From: Bacteroidales bacterium
GTDB lineage: Bacteria; Bacteroidota; Bacteroidia; Bacteroidales; B18-G4
Length of the DNA stretch: 64,000 bases
NCBI GenBank assembly: GCA_032250805.1
Contig: JAVVEM010000005.1
Coordinates: 32,659 to 96,658, forward strand
Direction: 5' to 3'
Positions 48,630-57,594 of the stretch are shown here, piece after piece. Positions within the stretch are counted from its first letter, which is position 1; each line of letters starts with the position of its first letter. Below the pieces are notes generated by a model. It worked only from the letters and a program-made list of their open reading frames with translations. It made no database searches and was not told where the DNA came from. Made by a program: the position numbers and the translations under genes.

Positions 48630-49682
48630 CTACTGGATGGCTTCTATTGAGTTTACAAGAAGCGCTCGTGCATATTTAGGATTGTGGACAGCCTTGCTTC
48701 TGTCTTCTTCAATAAACTTATAATTGTAGAAAGCTCCGGTCTGGGCATTTGTATATGTTCCGGGAACGGTCAGATAACCATCTTCCCGCATAACACCCTG
48801 GTCTTTTAACAAGGTTTCCAGTTGCAACAGATAGTCTTCAATTTCCAGGGCCAGGTCTTCAGTAGCAGCAATGAGGTTGGTTTCGTTTGAATGGCATCCC
48901 GACGCCAGGCATCCTGCCAGGTTCAGTTCGGTATGGCCGTGATACTCATATCCCATCTTAAAGGTATGGCCTCCGGCCTGTGCGCCATATGCATCCGCCA
49001 TATGGCACGATACACAACCATCTTCTATGCCTGAGTGGGCTGTGTTTTCGTAGCCCATGCTGCCTGCAATTTCATAGGCACCACCACCGATACCGTACAG
49101 GAGGTTGCCCTGTGGGCCGTGGTGTGGTCCCCAGCGATAACTGCTTCCAACGGGGAATTCTACAGTTCCGGGTCCCATGGCCGGGTATGGTTGCACAGGC
49201 CTTGATTGGTGGCATTTTGTACATAGGTTGCCATTGGCTCTGTCGGCTGTTGCACCACCTTCCATGAAAGTTACAGGATCAGTATACCTGAGCATCCAGT
49301 CGTCAGCCGTATAGGTTTCATGAACCTTGTGGCAGGTGTAACAGTTAATGGGTGTTGGATTAGCAATAGTGGTTGCCGTTGTATCAGCACCGGTTTCAAT
49401 AACCTCCCTGAATCCCATGCTGGTATGACAGGGTGCGCAGGAATTGCCATTTCTTTCAAAATTTCCGCCATTTGCGTGTGTTGATGCTTCCCATTGTACT
49501 ACCTTGGCCAGAAAGTCTTCTCCTGAGTTGTGGCATTGACCACATGTAGCCGTGCCATCAGTGCCGTCAATTCCATCTTCGCCTGCAGGTCCTGCAGGTC
49601 CTTCTTTTGTGCAGCTTGTTGCTACGATCATTGCCAGTGCCAAACCGGGAACGATGAGTAAAATTGTAATTAGCTTTTTCAT
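48630..49682 (-). CDS. multihaem c-type cytochrome lipoprotein (5 CxxCH + 1 Cx4CH) with a collagen-like GXY linker
   Basis: Lipobox IVATSCTKE. (GXY)6 = GPAGPAGEDGIDGTDGTA. CGQCH, CAPCH, CYTCH, CTKCH, CVSCH and CLASGCH. Confidence 0.85.
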   Translation of the reverse strand: MKKLITILLIVPGLALAMIVATSCTKEGPAGPAGEDGIDGTDGTATCGQCHNSGEDFLAKVVQWEASTHANGGNFERNGNSCAPCHTSMGFREVIETGADTTATTIANPTPINCYTCHKVHETYTADDWMLRYTDPVTFMEGGATADRANGNLCTKCHQSRPVQPYPAMGPGTVEFPVGSSYRWGPHHGPQGNLLYGIGGGAYEIAGSMGYENTAHSGIEDGCVSCHMADAYGAQAGGHTFKMGYEYHGHTELNLAGCLASGCHSNETNLIAATEDLALEIEDYLLQLETLLKDQGVMREDGYLTVPGTYTNAQTGAFYNYKFIEEDRSKAVHNPKYARALLVNSIEAIQ

Positions 49683-50027
49683 ATTTGTTGTTTTTGGTTT
49701 CTGAGCACAATTTTACCTCTAGTAATCGAAATATGAAAAATAATGTATATGATGTGCATGCCCAATTGGTTTAATTAAATAAGAAAAAATAAACATAAAT
49801 ATCAATAAAAAGATGATAAAAAACAATAAAAGTATTATAAAACACAGAAAAAGAGGAATGTAATAAATGCTTTAATATCAAAAAATGATCACAAAATCTT
49901 ATTTAGACCAGATATAAATACGATTTTTGCATGAATTTACCGCGCCCGGCAGATCTGCTATTTAAGCTGATATGGCCAAATTGACCGTTTCGTTATTCAA
50001 ATGAAGCAATCTAAAAAATGTTACACA

Positions 50028-50723
50028 TTAACCCGTCTCACCAATTCGCAATAATTCTTTTTTATCAAGGACTTCAACAAGGTTGCTTTCAACCTTGATC
50101 AATTTTTGATCCTTGAATACTTTCAGCACCCGGATAACATTTTCTTTCGACATGGCAGTGAGATCTGCAAGATCCTGCCGGCTTATGGTAAGAATAAAAG
50201 GATTCCGGCCGTAAATTTCATCCATTAAAAAAATTATGGCATCAGCAATGCGGCCATGCATTTGCTTTTGGGTGAGATTAATGAATTTTTGAAAATTGTT
50301 TATGCTCAGTATATTGCTGCTTTTAAGCAGGTCGCAGGCAAAACTGTGATTTTTCCCAAGCATTTCTTCAATTATTTTTGTATCAACCAGGCATGCCCTT
50401 GTATCTTCAACAGCAGCGACAGAAAAGTGATGGCGATAATCGACGAACATACCAGGATTGCCTATCATCTGCACAGGCTTGGCAAAGGAAAGGATCAGGT
50501 TTCGCTTGTTCAGACCTTCGATATAAATCTTGGCAAGTCCATCTGTAATGCAAGCCAAATGGGTAAGCGGGGATCCCTGCTTAAAAATGATCTCTCCTTT
50601 GTTAAAGGTAAGTTCATAGCGGCTTTCGTTTACCTGTTCAAGCTCCTTTTCTTTAAGCAAGGCAAAAATATTATTCCTCTTGTTACAGGATTTACAGTTA
50701 GTAAGCTTATTTGATATGCTCAT
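50028..50723 (-). CDS. Crp/Fnr family transcriptional regulator
   Basis: cNMP-binding-like beta-roll (FNKGEIIFKQGSPLTHLACITDGLAKIY) and a C-terminal HTH (ISRQDLADLTAMSKENVIRVLKVF). N-terminal CKSC pair. Confidence 0.85.
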   Translation of the reverse strand: MSISNKLTNCKSCNKRNNIFALLKEKELEQVNESRYELTFNKGEIIFKQGSPLTHLACITDGLAKIYIEGLNKRNLILSFAKPVQMIGNPGMFVDYRHHFSVAAVEDTRACLVDTKIIEEMLGKNHSFACDLLKSSNILSINNFQKFINLTQKQMHGRIADAIIFLMDEIYGRNPFILTISRQDLADLTAMSKENVIRVLKVFKDQKLIKVESNLVEVLDKKELLRIGETG

Positions 50724-50897
50724 CTTTGTCGTTGCTGGTTAGGATTTTTAGCTCAGGGCAAAAATAACATAATTATGCGATCATCTGCCTGATAAGGTTA
50801 TTGCTTGTACAATAATAATGAACAGGAATTATAATAAAGATTCAGCTTTTCATGTAGCCGGGATACGCTGTAAAGAAGTGCCTGAGGTTTGATTATT

Positions 50898-51266
50898 TTA
50901 TGTGTAGAGTTGTGAAGCATCAACAAAGATGAGGTATTCGCTGATGAGCCTGCCCTGCATTTTAAGTTTTACGGCAAAGGGCACCCTGAGCACGGTATTG
51001 TTGTGTCGTGTATAATTAACAATGCCTGTTGCAAAACGGATGTCACCAAGTTGCCAGTCTTCTATTTGTTCATGCCTGATGTTTTTAATGCTCCGGTAGA
51101 AGGTGTCAAGAAAGGATGTAATGCCTTCCCGGCCTTCTACATGGGGCATATTGGCAAAACGGAATATAGCGTCTTCGGTCATCATTGCTGCGAGTGCAGC
51201 GCCATCTTTTGCATCCACAATGGAATACATTTCATTTACAAAATTGTCGGTTTTCATGCGTATCAT
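50898..51266 (-). CDS. SnoaL-like / NTF2-fold family protein
   Basis: ~120-aa alpha+beta cone pattern (FVNEMYSIVDAKDGAALAAMMTEDAIFRFANMP...). The assignment is tentative. Confidence 0.5.
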   Translation of the reverse strand: MIRMKTDNFVNEMYSIVDAKDGAALAAMMTEDAIFRFANMPHVEGREGITSFLDTFYRSIKNIRHEQIEDWQLGDIRFATGIVNYTRHNNTVLRVPFAVKLKMQGRLISEYLIFVDASQLYT

Positions 51267-51358
51267 TTTTCGGAACTGTTTTTCCTGCTTAACATCACGT
51301 CAACGAAATGGTTCATTCAATATTTAAGTTAAGTTTGAATACCGTTAAATGGCCTTTA

Positions 51359-51814
51359 TCAGTCTGAGAGTTCGGGATTTGATAAGATGTCGTCAGGGTC
51401 GACAGATTGCATGTTGGCAAGCTTTGAACGCTCATCGAGCAATTTGTCGATCTCTTCCTCGCTCAGGCCGGGTTTTTTGAGCATTTCATCTATTTCGCGC
51501 AGATCGCCGGGTAATTCAATCTCTTTTTCTTCTTTTGCGTTGTCGATCTCGTCAAAGTCATCGCCCAGCTCTGATTTAAGCTGTTCAACAAGGCTGGCGA
51601 TCATGCCTTTTACGGGTTCACCAAATTTTTCAAGCAATTCTTCCGATAATTGGTCGCGCATATTCTCATAATTGCCCAGCAGATATTCAAAATTCTGATA
51701 AAAGGTCTTGTCGATGCCATGAAGCTCATCAAGCGAAGTCCTTTCCTTCAGTTTTTTGAACAGCTTGATAAGCAGATCAAGATTTTCATTAAACGACCTG
51801 TCTTCACTTGCCAT
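51359..51814 (-). CDS. hypothetical highly acidic helical protein
   Basis: 151-aa ORF, D/E/L/K-rich, with no signal peptide or motif. Confidence 0.45.
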   Translation of the reverse strand: MASEDRSFNENLDLLIKLFKKLKERTSLDELHGIDKTFYQNFEYLLGNYENMRDQLSEELLEKFGEPVKGMIASLVEQLKSELGDDFDEIDNAKEEKEIELPGDLREIDEMLKKPGLSEEEIDKLLDERSKLANMQSVDPDDILSNPELSD

Positions 51815-51912
51815 ATTGCTTTTTTTTACAAATTTACGATATATTCATTAAACGAAGTATGCTTCAAATCATTGCATATCTTTGTATGAGTTTATCCATT
51901 TATATTAGAACA

Positions 51913-52422
51913 ATGAAAACTGCAGTTTGGTTTACTTTCCTGTCACTAATTCTTGGTTTTTCGTCCTATTCGCAGGAAAAAAACAAAAAGATCATCGATG
52001 AGCGATTCGAAAAAGAGATTCTGATTGGCCATTGCGACAGGGCCGGCCTGACAGAAGGTGAGTTTGGCGAAAGCTTTGCGGCTGAGTATAAAGCTTACGA
52101 TATTGAAAAGAAATTGATCAAAAAGATCAGGAAACACGATCATGATTATGTCATCGTACTGATACTTGGAACATGGTGTCATGACAGCAAGTTGCAGGTG
52201 CCCAGATTTTACCGGATCATAGATGAGGCCCGCATTCCTGCCGGCACCATGAAAGTGATCTGCGTTGATGGTTACAAGAAAGGTGGAGAGGTATCCATTG
52301 CAAATTATGATATTGAATTCGTTCCTACTTTTATTTTCTATCGTAACGGGCAGGAGATCGGACGAATCGTTGAACAACCTGATGCATCACTTGAGCAGGA
52401 CTTTTATAATATTATACAGTAG
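51913..52422 (+). CDS. thioredoxin-fold family protein, exported (CxxS variant)
   Basis: Start at MKTAVWFTFLSLILGFSSYSQ. Trx-like GTWCHDS in place of WCxxC. PTFIFYRNGQEIGR. Confidence 0.65.
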   Translation: MKTAVWFTFLSLILGFSSYSQEKNKKIIDERFEKEILIGHCDRAGLTEGEFGESFAAEYKAYDIEKKLIKKIRKHDHDYVIVLILGTWCHDSKLQVPRFYRIIDEARIPAGTMKVICVDGYKKGGEVSIANYDIEFVPTFIFYRNGQEIGRIVEQPDASLEQDFYNIIQ

Positions 52423-52466
52423 CTCAGGACTCTTTGTTTATTCAGCAATTGTAAAAGTGGCAGCGA

Positions 52467-53312
52467 ATGATAAAAGTCTTTACACAAATTGATGAAATTC
52501 ACAGCGAAGCACTTGCATTAAGGGAGCTTGGCTTGTCGATAGGATTTGTTCCCACAATGGGAGCATTACACGAAGGGCATATTTCGTTGCTCCAACATTC
52601 GATCAGGGAAAATGATGTCAGCATAAGCAGCATTTTTGTCAATCCCATACAATTTAATAACAAGGAAGACCTGAAAAAATATCCCCGCAAGCTTGACAAA
52701 GACATTAATATGCTTGATACTGCCGGTTGTGATATGGTTTTTGCTCCTTCAGTGGAGGAGATGTACCCCGGTGAAATACAGGAATCGTATGATTTTGGCG
52801 CCCTCGAACATGTTATGGAAGGTGACGCCAGACCGGGACATTTTAATGGTGTGGCAGTGGTTGTAAACAGGCTGTTCAATATTTGTATCCCCCACAGGGC
52901 ATATTTTGGAGAAAAGGATTTTCAACAACTGCTTATCATACGTGAAATGGTGAAAAAGAACGCACTTTCGCTGGAGATCATTGGCTGTCCGATTATCCGT
53001 GAACCCGATGGTCTGGCCATGAGCTCACGCAACGTGCGACTATCGGCCGATGAACGCTCAGTGGCCCCGGTAATTTTTCAAACATTGAGCTGGATCAAAA
53101 AACAGGCCGGAAAAATGGATGTCGGAGAGCTTGTTGATGAGGCCGGGCAAAAGCTTTCACAGCATGAATCCATAAAACTGGATTATGTGTGGATTGCTGA
53201 TGAAAAAACATTGATGCCTGTAATGAATTGGCATGAAACGTCTGAAATACGCGCATTTATTGCGCTATTCCTGGGCGAAGTGCGCCTCATCGATAATATG
53301 AAAATTAAATAA
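52467..53312 (+). CDS. panC: pantoate--beta-alanine ligase
   Basis: PTMGALHEGH (HxGH) and overall PanC-like sequence. Confidence 0.95.
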   Translation: MIKVFTQIDEIHSEALALRELGLSIGFVPTMGALHEGHISLLQHSIRENDVSISSIFVNPIQFNNKEDLKKYPRKLDKDINMLDTAGCDMVFAPSVEEMYPGEIQESYDFGALEHVMEGDARPGHFNGVAVVVNRLFNICIPHRAYFGEKDFQQLLIIREMVKKNALSLEIIGCPIIREPDGLAMSSRNVRLSADERSVAPVIFQTLSWIKKQAGKMDVGELVDEAGQKLSQHESIKLDYVWIADEKTLMPVMNWHETSEIRAFIALFLGEVRLIDNMKIK

Positions 53313-53382
53313 TTCAATTAACTTGCGCCTTAAACACTGCACTGCGAACATGATATAATTGCTTTTATGGATCAATTTTTTG

Positions 53383-53390
53383 TAATTTTG
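53383..53390 (+). promoter_or_regulatory. candidate -7 box TAATTTTG immediately upstream of panD
   Basis: Exact TAnnTTTG ending 7 nt before the ATG at 53398. This would imply a very short leader. Confidence 0.3.
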
Positions 53391-53397
53391 TAGCGAC

Positions 53398-53742
53398 ATG
53401 CAAATTGAAGTGCTTAAATCGAAGATACACCGGTGTACCATCACCGAAGCCGATCTCAACTATGTGGGAAGTATTGCCATAGATGAGGACTTGATGGATG
53501 CTGCCCGGCTGATCGAAAATGAGAAAGTACACATCTACAATATATCCAACGGTGAACGGCTCGAAACTTATGTCATCACCGGTGAAAGAGGATCGGGTAT
53601 CATCTCACTTAATGGTGCAGCAGCCCGAAAAGCAGCCGTTGGCGATCTTATTATCATTGTTTCGTATGCAACGATGGATCCTGAAGAAGCAGCCGGTTTC
53701 AAGCCTGTCATTATTTTCCCTGACGCAAATAATAAACTATAA
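53398..53742 (+). CDS. panD: aspartate 1-decarboxylase proenzyme
   Basis: [29 protein letters not shown], including the Gly-Ser self-cleavage site. Confidence 0.95.
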   Translation: MQIEVLKSKIHRCTITEADLNYVGSIAIDEDLMDAARLIENEKVHIYNISNGERLETYVITGERGSGIISLNGAAARKAAVGDLIIIVSYATMDPEEAAGFKPVIIFPDANNKL

Positions 53743-53745
53743 TAA

Positions 53746-54762
53746 GTGAAGAAGGCTCTGTCTGTTTTTAATTACCTGATATTCCTTCTTCTGGGAATTT
53801 TATTCCTCTGGCTTGTTTTCAGGAACCTCGACGGGCAGGAGATCATCGACCAGATATTACATGCCGATTATGTGTGGATACTCTTGTGCATGATTGCCGG
53901 CGCCATCTCGCACCTGGCCAGGGCCGCACGCTGGAACCTGCTCATTAACTCCATGGGGCATCAAACGCGAATTAGTACAACATTTTATGCTGTAATGACT
54001 GGTTACCTTGCCAACACAGCGGTTCCCCGCCTTGGCGAAGTTACCCGTTGCGGGGTATTGAGCAAAAAAGAAAACATTCCGTTTACTGAGCTCCTTGGCA
54101 CGGTCATTGCCGAACGCATCTTCGACATGATCATTTTACTGCTCATCATCCTTATGGTGATCCTCTTCCAACTGGGCCTTGTTGGTGCATTCGTGGATAA
54201 ATATGTTCTGAGCCCCTTGTTTATAAACTTCGAGAATAATTTTGTTCCCATACTTATTTTTATAGCCTTTTCGGTTTTTCTTATTCTTATTATCATCATT
54301 CTGGTGAAAAGATATCGTAACAATATGAGAAAATATGCTTTTTACCAGAAATTCGCGAAATTTTCGAAGGGCATGGTTGATGGTATTAAAACCATCAAAC
54401 GAATGAAGAAAAAGGCTTTGTTTATGCTGTATACATTAATGATCTGGGGATTGTATACGCTAATGATCTATCTGCCGTTTTATTCGCTCGAGGCCACTTC
54501 GCATCTTGATTTTGGTGATGCACTTACCGTAATGAGCATTGGCAGTATTGGCATTGTTGCACCTGTGCCTGGCGGTATCGGTACTTACCATTTCATTGTA
54601 AAAGCGATCCTCTTCGAATTATATGGCGTAAGCCCGGCGTCGGCAGCCTCTTTTGCCACCATCACACATGCCGCACAAACACTGATGGTAATTATTGTTG
54701 GAGGGCTTTCTTTTTTTATGTTAACATTACAAAAAAATAAAACAAATGATGAACCATCTTGA
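53746..54762 (+). CDS. UPF0104 / lysylphosphatidylglycerol-synthase-TM-region (flippase-like) membrane protein
   Basis: GTG start. Polytopic membrane protein with an APVPGGIGTYHF signature. Confidence 0.75.
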   Translation: MKKALSVFNYLIFLLLGILFLWLVFRNLDGQEIIDQILHADYVWILLCMIAGAISHLARAARWNLLINSMGHQTRISTTFYAVMTGYLANTAVPRLGEVTRCGVLSKKENIPFTELLGTVIAERIFDMIILLLIILMVILFQLGLVGAFVDKYVLSPLFINFENNFVPILIFIAFSVFLILIIIILVKRYRNNMRKYAFYQKFAKFSKGMVDGIKTIKRMKKKALFMLYTLMIWGLYTLMIYLPFYSLEATSHLDFGDALTVMSIGSIGIVAPVPGGIGTYHFIVKAILFELYGVSPASAASFATITHAAQTLMVIIVGGLSFFMLTLQKNKTNDEPS

Positions 54763-55243
54763 TCACATCAGCTCGAAGATATATAAAATGGGCCAGGAAT
54801 TTGACTGGCAATTGGCGGTTTGGCGCTTTCATGAGCACAGGATCGTATTCACCAATGGTTGTTTCGACCTTATGCACCTCGGACATATTGAATATCTGGC
54901 TAAAGCTGCTGCAGAGGGGAACTTTCTGATTATTGGATTGAACACCGATGCTTCAGTAAGGCGGATTAAAGGAGAAGGCCGTCCTGTACTTGATGAGGGA
55001 TCCCGGGCCATTACCCTGGCCGCAATGGGTTTTGTTGGTGCAGTTGTTTTGTTCGATGAAGATACCCCGCACAAATTGATTGAGAATATCAGGCCTGATG
55101 TTCTGGTAAAAGGCAAGGACTATGAGGTACACGATATTGTTGGTGCCGATATTGTCGAAGCAAACGGAGGCAAAGTTGTTAGAATGGATATCGTTGAGGG
55201 ATATTCTACCTCTGCCATTATCGGGAAGATCAAAAATTCATAA
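54746..55243 (+). CDS. rfaE2: cytidylyltransferase-fold adenylyltransferase (RfaE domain II-like, D-beta-D-heptose 1-phosphate adenylyltransferase)
   Basis: FTNGCFDLMHLGHIEYL (HxGH); ~165 aa. Confidence 0.82.
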   Translation: MMNHLDHISSKIYKMGQEFDWQLAVWRFHEHRIVFTNGCFDLMHLGHIEYLAKAAAEGNFLIIGLNTDASVRRIKGEGRPVLDEGSRAITLAAMGFVGAVVLFDEDTPHKLIENIRPDVLVKGKDYEVHDIVGADIVEANGGKVVRMDIVEGYSTSAIIGKIKNS

Positions 55244-55300
55244 ATTCAGGATCCCTGTCAGGATATTCCTGTCAAGGCCTTTATATTAAATCCTTTGATC

Positions 55301-56671
55301 ATGGCCAAAGCCACAAGCGTTTTCTTTTGTCAGAACTGCGGGGCACAGTCTCCCAAATGGATCGGACATTGCCCCTCGTGTGGCGAATGGAACACCTATG
55401 TCGAAGAGGTGGTGAAAAAGGAAACAGGCAGGGATGCATCAATGGCGGTGATCAAATCGCGAAAAAAAGCCGCTCCCGTGGCCATTGATAAGGTTGTTGC
55501 CGGTAAGGAAGAACGCATAAATACCGGCACTGCTGAGTTGAACAGGGTTTTGGGAGGGGGATTGGTGCCCGGCTCACTGGTACTCATTGGTGGTGAACCC
55601 GGTATCGGAAAATCTACCCTGATGTTGCAGGTTGCCTTGCGCTTCGAAAACAGGAAAATACTCTATGTTACCGGGGAGGAAAGTGACCAGCAGATAAAAA
55701 TGCGCGCCGACAGGATCGGAAGCCTTAATCCGGATTGCCTGCTGCTCACCGAAACCAATACCCAAAATATTTTCAGGTTCCTCGAAGATGTGGAGCCCGA
55801 CATCCTTGTGGTTGATTCCATTCAAACCTTATATACTGACCGTATCGACTCATCACCGGGCAGCATTTCGCAAATCCGCGAATGCGCTGCCGAATTGCAG
55901 CGTTACGCCAAGCTTACCGATACGCCCATCATTCTTATCGGCCACATCACCAAAGACGGCATGCTGGCCGGGCCAAAGGTGCTTGAGCATATGGTTGATA
56001 CAGTACTGCAGTTTGAGGGCGACAGGCATTATGAATTCAGGATATTGCGTTCGGTAAAAAATCGCTATGGCTCTACTTCCGAGCTTGGAATTTTTGAAAT
56101 GACCGACAGAGGCTTGCGCGAGATCAGTAATCCTTCCGAAATATTGATCTCGCAGCGCGATGAAGATGTGAGCGGGGTATGTGTTGCAGCAACAATTGAG
56201 GGCCAGCGCCCGATGCTTGTCGAAACACAGGCACTTGTAGGTTCGGCTGCTTATGGCACACCGCAGCGCTCAGCTACCGGTTATGATGTAAAAAGGCTGA
56301 ACATGCTACTTGCGGTACTCGAAAAGCGTGCCAGCTTCCGGCTGGGCATAAAAGATGTGTTCCTCAATATTGCGGGAGGCATCAGGGTTGATGATCCGGC
56401 CATTGATCTGGCCATCATCAGTGCAGTGATGTCATCCAATGCCGACATCCCGGTGCCGCAGCAATACTGTTTTGCCGGCGAGGTGGGACTGTCGGGCGAA
56501 ATAAGGGCGGTAAACAGGATCGAGCAAAGGGTGGCCGAGGCCGATAAGCTCGGATTTGAAAAGGTCTTCATTTCGTCATATGCGCGCAAAAGCATTGACC
56601 CGAAAAAATACAATGCAGAGATCGTCTTCGTGAAAAAGATCAAAGACCTGATCAAGGTCCTGTTTGGTTAA
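55301..56671 (+). CDS. radA: DNA repair protein RadA/Sms
   Basis: Zinc finger CQNCG...CPSCGEW, Walker A GGEPGIGKST, KNRYG, and a Lon-like C-terminal domain. ATG at 55301 (the ORF track starts at the TTG at 55295). Confidence 0.95.
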   Translation: MAKATSVFFCQNCGAQSPKWIGHCPSCGEWNTYVEEVVKKETGRDASMAVIKSRKKAAPVAIDKVVAGKEERINTGTAELNRVLGGGLVPGSLVLIGGEPGIGKSTLMLQVALRFENRKILYVTGEESDQQIKMRADRIGSLNPDCLLLTETNTQNIFRFLEDVEPDILVVDSIQTLYTDRIDSSPGSISQIRECAAELQRYAKLTDTPIILIGHITKDGMLAGPKVLEHMVDTVLQFEGDRHYEFRILRSVKNRYGSTSELGIFEMTDRGLREISNPSEILISQRDEDVSGVCVAATIEGQRPMLVETQALVGSAAYGTPQRSATGYDVKRLNMLLAVLEKRASFRLGIKDVFLNIAGGIRVDDPAIDLAIISAVMSSNADIPVPQQYCFAGEVGLSGEIRAVNRIEQRVAEADKLGFEKVFISSYARKSIDPKKYNAEIVFVKKIKDLIKVLFG

Positions 56672-56701
56672 AAAATCACATTTCAATTCCGGATTGTATG
56701 C

Positions 56702-57469
56702 TTATATGTCAACCTCAAGGAGGATTGGGCAATGGTCGGAGTGCATGGCTTCGGGCAGGATCACGGATCTGTTTAGTGAAGCTTCCAGCGGCTTGCTGAC
56801 CATATGGTAGTCGATACGCCAGCCCAGGTTCCGTGCTCGTGCATTGGCGCGATAGCTCCACCATGTGTAGTGATGTGGTTCATCATTGAAATAACGGAAA
56901 GTATCGATAAAGCCACTGCCGAGGAATCCACTCATCCATTCCCGCTCCTCGGGAAGAAAGCCCGAGCTGGTAGCATTCCTTACCGGATCGTGAATATCGA
57001 TGGGCTTATGACAAATGTTATAATCGCCTGATAAGATCAGCCGTGGCCGGGATTTTTTTAATTCATGAATATATTTTTGGAAATCGTTGAGCCACATCAT
57101 TTTAAAGGCCTGTCGCATATCACCACTCGAGCCTGAAGGATGATACACACTCACAATACTTGTATCGCCATAGTCGGCACGGATAAACCTGCCTTCATGA
57201 TCATATTTTTCAATATCCATGCCCATGATCACCTGATCGGGTTTTTCTTTGGTGAGGATGGCTACTCCGCTGTATCCTTTTTTTTGGGCCGAATGCCAGT
57301 AGCTGTGGTAGCCAAGGGCCTCAATATCGAAGAGCGGTATCTGATCGGGTTGTGCCTTGGTTTCCTGAATACAGATCACATCAGCATTGATGGCCTTTAT
57401 CCATTCCAACAATCCTTTTCGGGTGGCTGCCCGGATACCGTTTACGTTGTAGGAAACGATTTTTTTCAT
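56702..57469 (-). CDS. xth: exodeoxyribonuclease III
   Basis: SYNVNGIRA, CIQETK, a GDYNICH-like segment and a terminal SDHCP. Confidence 0.95.
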   Translation of the reverse strand: MKKIVSYNVNGIRAATRKGLLEWIKAINADVICIQETKAQPDQIPLFDIEALGYHSYWHSAQKKGYSGVAILTKEKPDQVIMGMDIEKYDHEGRFIRADYGDTSIVSVYHPSGSSGDMRQAFKMMWLNDFQKYIHELKKSRPRLILSGDYNICHKPIDIHDPVRNATSSGFLPEEREWMSGFLGSGFIDTFRYFNDEPHHYTWWSYRANARARNLGWRIDYHMVSKPLEASLNRSVILPEAMHSDHCPILLEVDI

Positions 57470-57594
57470 TCAAAGCTTTTGGGCGAATATACAAAAATGA
57501 TCAGTGTCTTCAATGGTTCACCAACCTGTGAGGTCCCTTTTTTTGGAAAAATAATTTCATTTACAGTATCTTCGCAGCACTTTTGCAATAGTAA

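Noticed and set aside
49800-49890. Possible Fnr/Crp boxes (tatca-N9-tgata at 49800-49818; tatca-N5-tgatc at 49876-49890) upstream of the cytochrome cluster
   Set aside because: Spacing differs between the two sites. Neither matches TTGAT-N4-ATCAA or TGTGA-N6-TCACA. The region is so A/T-rich that short palindromes are expected by chance.
51913-52422. Thioredoxin-fold protein with WCHDS (CxxS) instead of CxxC as a special redox partner of the cytochrome cluster
   Set aside because: It is separated from the cluster by three unrelated genes and lies on the opposite strand. Monothiol Trx-fold proteins are common.
31810-54762. Two UPF0104 flippase-like paralogs (31810-32886 and 53746-54762) as parts of one system
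   Set aside because: They are 21 kb apart in unrelated neighbourhoods with low mutual similarity beyond the family signature. This is most likely ordinary paralogy.
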